A DNA stretch of 39,551 bases from Octopus sinensis (Eukaryota): positions 1-39,551 of the forward strand of contig NW_021835710.1 in the NCBI RefSeq assembly GCF_006345805.1. The letters run 5' to 3'. The translations under genes were made by a program, and so were the position numbers. This document shows positions 1 through 11,854 of this stretch, piece after piece; positions within the stretch are counted from its first letter, which is position 1; each line of letters opens with the position of its first letter. Below the pieces are notes generated by a model. The model saw only the letters and a list, made by a program, of their open reading frames with translations, did not search any database and had not been told where the DNA came from.

Positions 1-28
1 GGAATTTGAACTGAGAACGTAAAGCCAG

Positions 29-290
29 TTACAGGGACATAAACACGCCAACAACGGTTGTTAAGCGGTGATGGAAAAAACACGCGCACTCACACACACA
101 CACACCACACACACACACTTACACACACACACACGCGCGCGCGCATACACACGCACACATGCACATATATGAAGGTTTCTTTCAGTTTCCGTCTACCAAT
201 TTCATTCACAATGCTATTGTAGCAGGTATTGGCGAAAGTTTTCACTCGGTGGGACTGATCCTGAAACCATGTTATTGGGAAACAAATTTG
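29..290 (-). mobile_element. Diverged partial SINE-A copy with internal (CA)n tract
   Basis: 'gggacataaacacgccaacaacggttgttaagcg' and 'tttctttcagtttccgtctaccaa...gtgggactga' match the two halves of the SINE-A copy at 26619-27044, separated by a CA microsatellite. Confidence 0.7.
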
Positions 291-725
291 TGTATGTACA
301 AATGTGCGTGTATATGTGTGTATGAGCGTGTTTAAGCATATAAGTCGTATATAAAGTTGTATATTTCATTGTTTTAGAGACCCACATCTTTTTCTTTGGA
401 ATTTAAAGCCATTAGAATAGAATTGACAATTAGAATAGTGTGTGTAGGTGTGTGTATATGAGTATGGTACAAAGTGGATGAGATAAAGAAGAACTTATTC
501 TAATGCAGTTTTAGAAGTAATAAGACACTGATGAGCATATATAGAGTATTTAGTATTAATATTCACACACAGACACTCACGCAGACACACACATATATAA
601 GCGCGTATATATATGTGCATATTAAACACACACACACACACGCTGAGAGGACTATTTGAACACAATTATTAGTATATTACTCTCTTGAAACCAATGAAAA
701 GGATTTTAGACCTTTCACATTCCTC

Positions 726-1645
726 ATGGCAGATAAAGTCATAGAATTAAAAGTCATGGAGTCATTGTTACCGTACGGGTGAAACAATGATTAAGAGGTT
801 TCCAATACTCTAAATGTTGCGAGATTTTTTGTACACGAAAAATCGGATGGAACCGGTGGAATTGGACGCCGCCTCTGGCGGAAATGTTTCAAATGTATCA
901 AAGAAAAAAAACATTCTAATCGTTCGGGCACTACAATTCATACAACATATTTAAAATATTGACTGTGATCCAGGAGAATCAACGAGAGCCATCGTCCAAG
1001 AGCTTCAGGTGTCGGAGTGAATTATCAGAACTGTGATGCCCGAGGATATTCGATTCATGTCATATGTACTGAGGAGAAGCCAATTTATGTTTGCAAAGAC
1101 AAAGGTAAATCGTTTGATCTATGTTACGAGAAATGACGGATAGTTATGTGTATAACATTTTGATGTCCCCAGACTGGTGCACGCTAAGTTTCCAGCAGCT
1201 GTGATGGATTTAGGAGTGGTGAATAACGAAGGTAATGTCTTACCAGCGTTTTTCAGGGGATCTTAGGATTAATGCTGCAGGATACTGTTGAGTTGTAGGA
1301 GACAGTTGTTAAGCTTTGGATGAATGAAATACGCAGTGGAAGGTCATACAGGTTTCAATAGGAATCAGTACCTTCTCACGAAGCTCTGGTAACTCAAGAA
1401 TGGATGTTTGAAATCTTTATGATCATGTGACTCCAAACTTGTGGGTCCCTAAACACACCAGATTTAAATCCCATGGGCTACTATTTTTGAAGCGTTGTAA
1501 TAAGGGAAATTGACGGATATTCTCACGTTTCTAACTCTAACGCTGAGAGGGTACTGTGATAGCGAACGGGTCAGCATGGATTGCGCAGTGGTTGTAGGAT
1601 GAAATGCCCTCTTCAGAGATGCAGCATTCGGTCAATTGAATAGCC
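726..1645 (+). pseudogene. Decayed IS630/Tc1/mariner transposase (DD37D/maT-like), internally deleted
   Basis: Manual translation across stops and frameshifts gives DPGESTRAIVQELQVSE*IIRTVMPEDIRFMSYVLRRSQFM (HTH region), DVPRLVHAKFPAAVMDLGVVNNEGNVLP, ETVVKLWMNEIRSGRSYRFQ*ES and PDLNPMGYY. These resemble the TKFPxxVMVLGVV, FQQDS and SPDLNPLDY motifs. The segment with the first catalytic Asp appears to be deleted. Confidence 0.8.
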
Positions 1646-2064
1646 CCTCTTTCTACCAACCCCTTCAATCTGATCTTACCTTACCCTTAGCCACAAACAT
1701 CTAGTGTACATCAAAACCCATTGATTCGTTCTCCCTGAAAATTTCAATCACGCCCCCTTTGCTTGCATACCTCCCAAACAGTGTCACTACACCTCGACTA
1801 AATCGATTGTTAATGCTCCTTGTCTGTTATCAGCTGCCTTAGACTTCTGCCAAGACAAGATAAGCTCACTACTTTCCTGTTCGACAGACTCGGTAAACGT
1901 CGACGTAAATATCAAAGCACCTCATCTGTAGTCAAGAAACCGTCATTAGTCTAATGGTTCCACCGTCGTCTAACTACTGCTCACGTCCGGAACCCCCGAC
2001 TTACAATCCGGGTCTAGGAAACAACACCGATAGGCCAGATCGATCGGAGGAAGTGTTGGTGTTA

Positions 2065-3560
2065 TAGTTTTCCAGGAGAATGTCGAATGATTTCGGAAAT
2101 CCTGGTTTTGTTACCAGAAACAATGATCTGATGTCGTTGAGTAGGTGTTCTTGCGTCTATCCCGAGCTTAAACCGCGCACATTTCCACTACCTACATTTG
2201 TTGTCATGTAAGTAAAGAGGCAAAGAAAACATCAAAATGTGAAGGAGACGGTCATTTGTCCTGGTCTTGTTTCAAAGAATTTCTGTAAGAGCCTTCCAAA
2301 ATTCTTTGTCTGATATATTTTTTAAAAATTCCCACGCTTTTGAGATAAATTTCTTTAGGGTGTGATGTGATTCATAGTAGAAGTCTCCTTTGAGTAGTTT
2401 TTAGGTATATGTGCATCGTCGAGGCCTTCAGTTGTGTTGCAGTGTACATCATCAAATTCTTGTTCTCCTTTCAGAGCACTGTGTAATTGAGAGGTTCACC
2501 AGTGAGTTTCTGTGTGTGTAGATTTTCCCGTTCTTGCTGCTGCTGTTTTTGGTGTTTTTTTTTTGTTGTTTGCTGCGATTGATGCTGTGTCTATTTTTGG
2601 TGTTGATGTTGTTGGTTCCTTTCTAGTTGTGGTTGTAGTTTCTTTTACTGATGCTGTTGTTGCTGCTGCACCGCTCTTTTCGGTGGTTTTTGTCGGTTTG
2701 TCGGCCGATTGGACTGTTTGGTCGCGTCTTTGGGGCGGTTGTTTGACTTGCCGCTGCCAATATCTTTGGTCTGGAGGGAGTGGGGATGGGAGCGGGGTCA
2801 AATCAGCAGCTTCATGTGTTCGACTGCTTTTTGGTGGCCTTTCTACGATATGGCACTCGTTCGTTTTTGTATCTTTTGTGTCCCCTAAGTCTGAGTACCT
2901 AAAAAGTATGGAATAGACGCTGGCTTTGTTTCGTATGTAGTGTTTGATGTTGGTGTTGATATTAATATCGTTGTTGTTCTTGCTCTGGTTGTTTTTTGGT
3001 GGTGATGGTTGTGATAGCTTTTTCTCTCCCTCTACTATTCCTATTTGCCTGCATTCTTTGAACTGGAATTAGTCCAGGTTGCCAGCTAAGTCTTCTAATG
3101 CCACCAACACAAGGAACCTTTGGGTCATACCCATTTTCTTCTGTTAGAGACCAGACTTCTTGCTCTTCTACCTTTCCATGCTCTTCTACCATTGCCACCA
3201 CTCTAGGTTCGTATCTCTTGGGTATCTCGTTGGTGACTCATATTTTCGTCGCCCGTCTTCCAATAATGGGAACATGATTACTTCTTGGGACAAATAAATG
3301 ATAGTTGTTATCGATCTGGTTTCATCTCAATACAGCAATAACTTCCCATGTTCTTTTCCTCTTGTTATGTATCCTACAGAATACCATACTTCTTGCAGGT
3401 ACTTTCTACTTGCGCTCGTCCGTCCGGGATACTGTAGTTTTCTTTTGTTTCTGTTTGTGTATTTATAAAGAGTGATTTTCTTTTCTTAGAGCTTAGTGCC
3501 TCTCTGAATTGAATATCGGGCGTGAGTATTGCAGTTATGTGTCCTTTTTTATTTTTATTT
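2065..3560 (-). pseudogene. Degenerate long reading frame, probably a retroelement ORF1/gag-like region (identity uncertain)
   Basis: The minus-strand frame is open from 3068 to the TGA at 2496 (about 190 codons, including track ORF 2496-2801). It starts with a broken knuckle-like FKECRQIG and has low-complexity N/T/K/P tracts. The sense strand is strongly A-rich, as in LINEs. No diagnostic domain recognised. Confidence 0.35.
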
Positions 3561-6005
3561 TTTGTACGTATTCTTTCTTGCGAATGAGTGACGATTTAAT
3601 CATTATTTCTGGCAATAGCTACAAAATTTACCTTTTGGCTATGTTGTTGTTGTTATTGTTAGTGTTGTTATCATAATTGTTATTGTTGGTATAGATTGTT
3701 CCTTGAGAATCAGAAGGAGACTACGACGTCTTTTTTTCTCCACTCGTCGTCTGACGTTATAATAGTCACCATAAAAGTGTTCCAAGTAAGAAAGTTGTTT
3801 AATATATGCAACTTTCTACCTCGCCTTTTCATTTACTCATACTTTCACTTACTCGGCATTACATTCCTGTGTACTGACTGTTATTATTTCTTCACAGACG
3901 TCCATGTTATTTTTCTTTCAAGTAAAGATGGTCAATTTTACAAAATAATTTGCAAGTCAGACAACTTTCCCCCACCTCCTGCTGGAAGGAAACCAAAACG
4001 AAAAATACACGAAAATAAAATTAGCTTGTTCTTCAATACAAGTTTAAACCAAATATCCTTTTTCGGGAGAAAACTTTGAATATATAAATCGGTATTTATA
4101 CAGAGGCAAGATAGAGCGTACCTTCACCGTGGATATTAAAATTGTTTCAGATTTTGACACAAAGCCAACAACTGGGGAGTGACTGGTTAAAATACATCGA
4201 CAAGAATAAAAAGCAAAGTTGACCTCTGTATGATTTGAACTCAAACTCAATTGCCAACATGTTCAAACCGCTAGCCTACAGGTGCGTTTTCTTCTCATTT
4301 CATCTTTTCTACTGATACTCCAGCGGCCGCCGCTTCTCCAAGCTAGTTAGTTATGTATTAGCTCCACCAAAATGATAAAGTAACTCCTTTATCAGGTTTG
4401 CACTAATACTTTTCATCTACGAAGCAAGTGAACGGAAGGGGATTCTAGAGCGTATCAACCCTCTGGAATCCCTTCCACTTGCATGTTTCTTGCAATTATT
4501 AGCTTACAGATATTCAAGATAAATAACAACTGCACCAAACTGATGCGTCTTTGAGAGCCTGCTCAGGAAATGGGCTCAGTCCCGTCTGCCTGAATAAAAC
4601 TAATAAAAATTGTTTGACATTCTTGTTAGAATTTTAGTTTTGCTAAAATTCTATTAAATACAAAAAGGTGTTTTGATTGTATTAGATGTTTACCAACACA
4701 TTTTTTAAGGAGTAAGAGGTGATCAGAAATAAGAAACTATTCATCGCTATCTGGGGAGAGTAACTGTAATAACAATTCATTTTAGAATAACTACAAATGA
4801 AACACTACCAATAACAATAATAAAACTACGAAGGAGAAAAAGAAACTAAACTAAACAGAGAAATGGAAGTAATAACAATACTACAGACAACGGTAAAAAA
4901 AAAGCAAATGTAATACCAACAACAATAGCATCATCAAGAACAATAACATTGACAACAACGGCAGCGCCAGAAGCTCTTTGAAAAGGGTTACTTGGAACTG
5001 GACGGAGAGTCAAAATTAACTAAAGAAAGAAAAAGTGAGGTCAAAACAGATATATCATATCCTGATGTTATCATCTTGCCAGAAAAGGTCGAGTGGGTGC
5101 AATAGGGAACAATTACCTTCCGGTGCATCCGGAAGTATTCAAGGAGCTTTGAAAACTCCAACCGAGTTCAAGCAGAAAAATGCTTCTTCAGCAAATGCAT
5201 GTGTGTGTGTGTGTGTATGTTGTGTGAATTTGCTTTGTTTCTAAACAAAATGTAATCATATCTTATAGAGAAACAATAACAATAATTACAAGGTGTTGAC
5301 TTCATAATTATCGTCTGACAACGTGTCATGGTAGTGACGATGGCTGATTGCCAACGTCACTATTCCGACAACACAGAGACCAACAACAAAACCAACCACT
5401 GTTACAGTTGCCACAGGTAGTGGCGGAGAAGCAACGACTATCACAATTGCAGTAACGGTTAAAATAAAAGAACCAATAGCAGTCAACAACTACAATACCT
5501 ACTGTAGGGGACCAGGGGTAAAACAATGGGAAGAGATCGACTAAACAATCTATCACTGTAGTGTATATCAAGATGACCAAAGAATGGATAACGTGTGTAC
5601 TTTGGGGGGATCATTGCCTGGGACGACAGTGAAGAGAGAAGGAAGAAAAGCACTTGAAACTGGTCCCATTCATGAATTCGAAGACAAACGTCTATAAAGA
5701 GCGATAATAGACATTCGAGCCCACCGTTGCATACATTTTGCTCAGCTTGAACCATCACATGAAAACCTGTGAAGGTAAGAGTTCTGAACGAGTTAATTTT
5801 CCCAGATAAACAGAAGCTTGTCTATCTTTTTAAAACAACTTATCCAATATATAGTTAATTCATTATGATTATATTTATTTTAGATATGAATATATCTGCT
5901 TATACACACACATACACGCGCACACACAGATACATACACACACAAACACACACACGCATACGTACGTATATATAAATATATATATATATATATAAGTGTG
6001 TGTGC

Positions 6006-6041
<36 letters not shown>

Positions 6042-6408
6042 CTCTCTACACAACACTGAGTGCTAAAGAAAACCTGAATGTCGTAGACCACTTGGATTGA
6101 ATCCAAGAGTGGTAGATACCGATATTTCGCCATTATTGTGACTTATCAGTATCACGGGCTCGGATCAAACCAAAACGAATTGAATCTCTGGTCAATGGCT
6201 TATATACAAATAGGGAGATCAATCAGTCAATCAATCAATCAATCAATCTAAGCTCGACGCTCTAACCACTGAGCCATGCGCCTTCACACACACACATTTA
6301 TATACATATATATATATATATTGTATATATATATATATGTGTATGTATATATGTATGCGTATATACATACATGCATACATATATACACACATATACACAC
6401 GTATACAT

Positions 6409-6742
6409 GAGACCCCCTTCAGTCATGACTGACCATGGGATTGCACCTAGAAAGTTACCCTCCCAGGCACAAGTCCGGGCAAGGTTGTTTATGGAAGACC
6501 ATCATTCGCCCATGCATACTAGCCTCCCCTCTCCACGCCACCGATGTTATCCAAGGGAAAGGCAACAGCAGATACAGCTTGGCACCTGTGACGTCGCAAC
6601 TCATTTCTACAGCTGAGTGAACTGGAGCAACGTGAAATAAAGTGTCTTGCTCAAAAACACAACACGCAGCCCGGTCCAGGATTCGAACTCACAACCTCAC
6701 GGTCGTAAGCTCGACGCTCTAACCACTGAGCCATGCGCCTTC
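6409..6742 (-). mobile_element. Full-length tRNA-derived SINE (SINE-C)
   Basis: Reverse complement begins gaaggcgcatggctcagtggttagagc (A box) ... gagttcgaatcc (B box), then a CORE/V-like block 'gagcaagacactttatttcacgttgctcc'. A second copy lies at 25134-25457. Confidence 0.85.
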
Positions 6743-7094
6743 ACATGTATACATAAGTATATACATATATACAATCATATATATATGTTTAAAAATCAAA
6801 GTTATAGCAGTTTGAGTCACAACAGGTCCATAAAAATCATTTGAGGAATGTTCATGGTACATGCAGAATGAAATTTACTTTTAATTATATTTTGAATATC
6901 CATGTATGTCTATATACATACATATGTGCGTGTGTGTTTATGAGTTCATATAATTATGCATATGCATGTATACAATTATAATACATACGTACATGTACAC
7001 GCACGCACGCACGCACGCACACACATACACACACTGACACATAAGTACACAGTCTCATACATACATCATAATTCTCTCATACATAGGCATACGC

Positions 7095-7112
7095 GTATAT
7101 ATATATATATAT

Positions 7113-7157
<45 letters not shown>

Positions 7158-7193
7158 TATATATATACATATATATACATATATATATATAAC

Positions 7194-7226
<33 letters not shown>

Positions 7227-7231
7227 ATATA
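7095..7231. repeat. (TA)n-rich microsatellite
   Basis: Direct reading. Confidence 0.95.
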
Positions 7232-7717
7232 TTCACACAGATACAGATAAAACCGCGTGCGCTCTCACCTACAACACACACACACACACACACACACACA
7301 TACGCACACATACACACACACACACACACACAAACATATCTAGAACCCTCATGCATACTTTTTTACAAATGCATATCTCTGCTTAGTAAGACATGCGAAG
7401 ACGAGATTAATTAGAATTTATTTTACTTATTGAGTATCCAGGTTGTGTTGCAAATTTGCTGAAGATTCAGATATTAAACTAGCTCTGAATTTGTTTTCGT
7501 ATCTTTTCTAACTTATCCTAGCTTTTGCTTTATATATATATATATAACTGTTTCAGAGGTCTTCTTCATACATTTAAATTTTTACTTTCATTTAACATAT
7601 CATCATTGCTTTACAGGATATTGACTCCCTTAATAGTTGTAATGTTAATAAATCTAAAAAATATTAACAAAATATGATAAGTAAATTCTAATTGAAATGT
7701 TAATTTAAAGAGTGATC

Positions 7718-7915
7718 TAAGCGAGCGAGCTGGCACTGTCGTTAAATGCTTAGCAACATTTCGTCAGGCTTTATGTGAGTTCAAAATCTGACGGGATCAA
7801 TTTGTCCTTTATTCTTTATGGGAGTCGATAAAATGAAGTACTAGTCACGTTCTGAGATTTTATGTAATCGTCTCTCTTGAAATTTCTGGGCCTTGTATCA
7901 AAATGTGAAAGAATT
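7718..7915 (+). mobile_element. Old diverged SINE-B copy
   Basis: 'gcgagctggca...aaatgcttagc...atttcgtc...gagttcaaaat...gtcgataaaat' matches the reverse complement of 33357-33591. Confidence 0.65.
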
Positions 7916-8056
7916 TAAAGGGATCTATCTCAACGATCTAAGAAATAAAATGAAAGGGAAAAAAATGTTTAAAACCGAAAAGGCAAACATTTACAGTACA
8001 CTTATGTAAAGTAGAAAAGAAGAAAAGACTAAAACTGAATATATATACAGGTGCGT

Positions 8057-8057
<1 letters not shown>

Positions 8058-8124
<67 letters not shown>

Positions 8125-8130
8125 GTGTGT
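8058..8130. repeat. (GT)n microsatellite
   Basis: Direct reading. Confidence 0.95.
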
Positions 8131-9434
8131 ACGAGTATTTTATCCGTTTATTCAGAAAGAATATACCAACTTCTTTTATTACTGGGTAAAAAGAGAAGTT
8201 GAAGCGTTCTTTCTATAAAAAAAAAAAAAAACTTTGGTGGAATTTGTTCCAAACGTTGGGTCTGTGAGCAGAGATTACTTCAATGAGTCAGGAATCTATC
8301 TCTTACTAATACGCACTATACAAATACAATACATGGAAGTGGGTGCTGAGATATTTTGCTATGCTCATATATATATATATATAAATCAAAACAGGATGTT
8401 GGAAATTTTTTTATATCATTTATTCATCATTACAAGTGTTTCATTGGTTAATAGGAATTACAAAGTCTATTTAATTTCCCTTTCTGCAGAATTTCTATTA
8501 GGAAACATAAATCTAACATCTAAAACTTTGTAATTCGTATTAGCAAATGAAACACGTGTAATGGCGAATAAATAGTATCAATAGACTTCCAATTGCCTGC
8601 TTTGTCACACACTAAATAATACTTCCATAATTCTCAATTTTTATTTGTCACACACAAAATAATACTTCCATAATTCTCAATTTTAATACGTATTTTGACT
8701 AACATATAACAAAAATGGAGCCTGCATATTTGATTGTAATAATGGAATAAGCAGATGTGCTTCGAAAGGAAACATCTGGGATTTACCGTATCTCCATTAC
8801 ATACGTACATACAAACACAGACACACAAACACACACACGCGCGCACACACACACACATTCTTCTATATGTAGATGTGAGTGAGTTTGTGTGCATATTTAT
8901 GTGTGGGTGGGTGCGCATGTGTGAGTACGTGCGTACATAAATTATCGACCTACTGGAAAATCTCTGTAAATATCACCTTGCCACCAATTTACAGTATTTA
9001 ATCACGATTGTTTCTAGTTGCATGTGAAATCTACTTGTGAACATTGAAAAATGTCACAGCTTAGCATTTCAATTTTTCTTCATATGAATGCACGATTTGA
9101 ATGTAATTATGTATATAGTTATTTTAAACGTATAATTATTGATTCGTGTACATACTCGTACAAATGTAAGAGTTTATACCTATAAAAATGACTATCTGTG
9201 ACTATAAATATATTTATGAGCATGCAAATAGTTGAATGCAAATATGTAAATGCGCATGCAGGAATACCTACTTACCTACAAATATACATGAATGCATACA
9301 TATATATGCATATATATATTTATATAAGTATACACATACACTTATGCAGGCACACATACACAGACACGCACAAACATGCACACACACACACACTCATACA
9401 CACATACACGCACACACACTCATACACACGCATA

Positions 9435-9700
9435 CTAGGCTGTGTGAAAATGATCAAAAAAAGATACATCAACAACCAGTTTTTTATAATGAATGTTGAC
9501 TTAGCAAGCAATATCTGAAACCTGGAAGGTCGCAAGGTCTCTGTATACCACACGCCATCAAGTGGTGTATCGTTGAGATCCTAAGTCTTACATTAACTGG
9601 TAAAAAAAAAAACTGCAGGTTCTGTATAGCTGAAAGTACACAATCTTCTTAGATCGAGAAGCTGCACCAATCTTCTAAACTTGAACTTAGAAATTTTTTA
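9435..9700 (+). pseudogene. Decayed C-terminal half of a Penelope-like GIY-YIG endonuclease
   Basis: Pieces KKRYINNQFF, LASNI*NL, IKWCIVE and a frameshifted GKKNCRFCIAE/KYTIF resemble the PLE pattern FKxRYNNHxxSF..LSxYIWxLK..IKWxI..CxLCxxEK. Confidence 0.5.
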
Positions 9701-10274
9701 CAAGTTAAATGCACTTTAGCCTTTTTCCCACTCGACTACCCCAACTAAGCATAGTTTATTCTATATGTAAACACTCAATATTAACAATATTCTTCATTTA
9801 ACGGGGTAAAAGGACACAAGCTTTACCCTTTTTGCTTTGAAACGTTTCGTAACGTTTTTTATTTCTCGTAATCTTTCACACTTCTCGCATTTCTTCAAAT
9901 AATGGGCATGTCGTTTGAGCTTAAAGGTATGCCTGATTGTACACAGAACTTTATAAATCCCGTTTGATTACTGCACTATCTGAGCAGCAATCCTGTATCC
10001 ATTAAGCTATTTCTACCTCTTGCTGGACTGAGTAGTTCTTTCTGATTCTATGAACAAGCAAACAATTTACTGTACACACCAATCACACGCACAAACACGC
10101 ACACAGTCACACCACGCGCACGCTCACAAACACAGACATATGAAACAGTAATATTAAGACGTTGTTAATCAGAATTTCGGGTCACCCATCTTCCACATGA
10201 TCAAAGACTTTGATATAAATTATCGTCCCATATAATCGATATGTGTGTGTGTGTATATATAAATATGTAAACAC

Positions 10275-10311
<37 letters not shown>

Positions 10312-10339
10312 GAGAGAGAGAGCGAGAGAGAGAGAGAGC

Positions 10340-10379
<40 letters not shown>

Positions 10380-10380
10380 C

Positions 10381-10419
<39 letters not shown>
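10275..10419. repeat. (GA)n microsatellite
   Basis: Direct reading. It produces the SLSL and ERER ORFs in the track. Confidence 0.95.
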
Positions 10420-10468
10420 CACACACACACACACACACATATTGCCAGAACGATATTTATTTAATCAA

Positions 10469-10633
10469 CAGGAGTGGCTGTGTCGTAAGTAGCTTGCTAA
10501 CCAACTACATAGTTCCGGGTTCAGTTCCACTGCGTGGCATCTTGGGCAAGTGTCTTCCGCTATAGCCCCGGGCCGACCAATGCCTTGTGAGTGGATAGGG
10601 TAGACGGAAACTGAAAGAAGCCTGTCGTATATA

Positions 10634-10678
<45 letters not shown>

Positions 10679-10891
10679 ATGTTTGTGTATCTGTGTTTGT
10701 CACCCTAGCATTGCTTGATAACCGATGCTGGTGTGTTTACGTGCCCGTCACTTAGCGGTTCGGCAAAATAGACCGATAGAATAAGTACTGGGCTTACAAA
10801 GAATAAGTCCCGGGGTCGATTTGCTCGACTAAAGGCGTTGCTCCAGCATGGCCGCAGTCAAATGACTGAAACAAGTAAAAGAGTAAAAGAG
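10469..10891 (+). mobile_element. Full-length SINE-A (tRNA head, CORE-like block, central microsatellite, LINE-like tail)
   Basis: Head caggagtggctgtgtcgtaag ... gggttcagttcc (A/B box-like), CORE-like 'cttgggcaagtgtcttc', TA/TG tract at about 10628-10690, tail ending in (agtaaaag) repeats. Collinear with the inverted copy at 26619-27044. Confidence 0.9.
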
Positions 10892-11702
10892 CATTTAAAA
10901 TTTAACGTTTAAATTACTTAACAGTTGGCAAGGTGTCAAGGTATCTAGGTATAAAAAAATTAAATAAAGGCTATGCATACATATGTGGCTAATATTTCAG
11001 TCAGAATCAATTATTTCTGAGAGAATAAAGAAGCTAGTGCTGCGAATATAGATGGATTATGAGCACTGAAAAGTATGTGGACGATGTTGGAAATTATTTT
11101 AAAACATAAAATACGAAAAATGTTATATCTATTCACTGATCGCTACTTTTCTCTGAAGCAAAAAGAATCTGTCTCGGCTAACATAATGGCAACAATAACT
11201 TAGCGTTTCATGTTGAAAAGTTCAGTGAAGCTAAAAGTTATCGTGCCCAATAACAGCACACGAAACTAATTTTCCAGCCTATAACAAAAAAACTATAATT
11301 GCATTTCAAATAATTAATGATATTCTCGGGTAGTTGTGGGTAAAAGATAGATTAGGATTATACTTTTCTTCCAGGCTCCCAAAAACGAAAATATTTTAAA
11401 CCTATTTCACTGGCAAATGCTACCAAATACGTAAAGCTCTCATGCTCACTGATTTGATGGCTGTGCATATCTAAATAGGTATAATGTGCGTGTATGAAAA
11501 TATTTAAATGATTGTATTAGTAATACATTGGAACTTAGATTAGTGGTAATACATGTTAACACCAGAAAAAATTAGCTTAACTATAGTTATGCTTTACAGG
11601 ATAAAATTATATAATTCCTTCCGACGGAATATGAAGATAACTCCTAAAGGTGGGATGTCAATCATTTCAATCGTCGCGCAAACAGGCGTACACAATTGTG
11701 AC

Positions 11703-11704
<2 letters not shown>

Positions 11705-11767
<63 letters not shown>

Positions 11768-11807
11768 TATATATGTGTGTATATATATATATATATTATA
11801 TATATAT

Positions 11808-11854
<47 letters not shown>

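Noticed and set aside
2512-2916. 134-aa hydrophobic ORF resembling a membrane protein
   Set aside because: It is the antisense reading of the A/C-rich minus-strand frame. The V/F/L richness follows from base composition.
3696-4079. 127-aa ORF
   Set aside because: TTG start, F/I/L-biased composition typical of T-rich non-coding DNA, no family resemblance.
5286-5489. 67-aa ORF with two apparent transmembrane segments
   Set aside because: It is the antisense of an ACA/AAC-rich tract, has no ATG start and no recognisable family.
6670-6742. tRNA-like sequences (also 25134-25200, 25670-25745, 30120-30188)
   Set aside because: They have A and B boxes but no paired acceptor stem and continue into SINE bodies, so they are SINE heads rather than tRNA genes.
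8234-8533. 99-aa ORF
   Set aside because: TTG start after a poly-A run, crosses a TA microsatellite, no recognisable motif.
8601-8683. 40-bp tandem duplication (39 of 40 identical, period 43)
   Set aside because: Ordinary local slippage duplication with no structural or coding signal.
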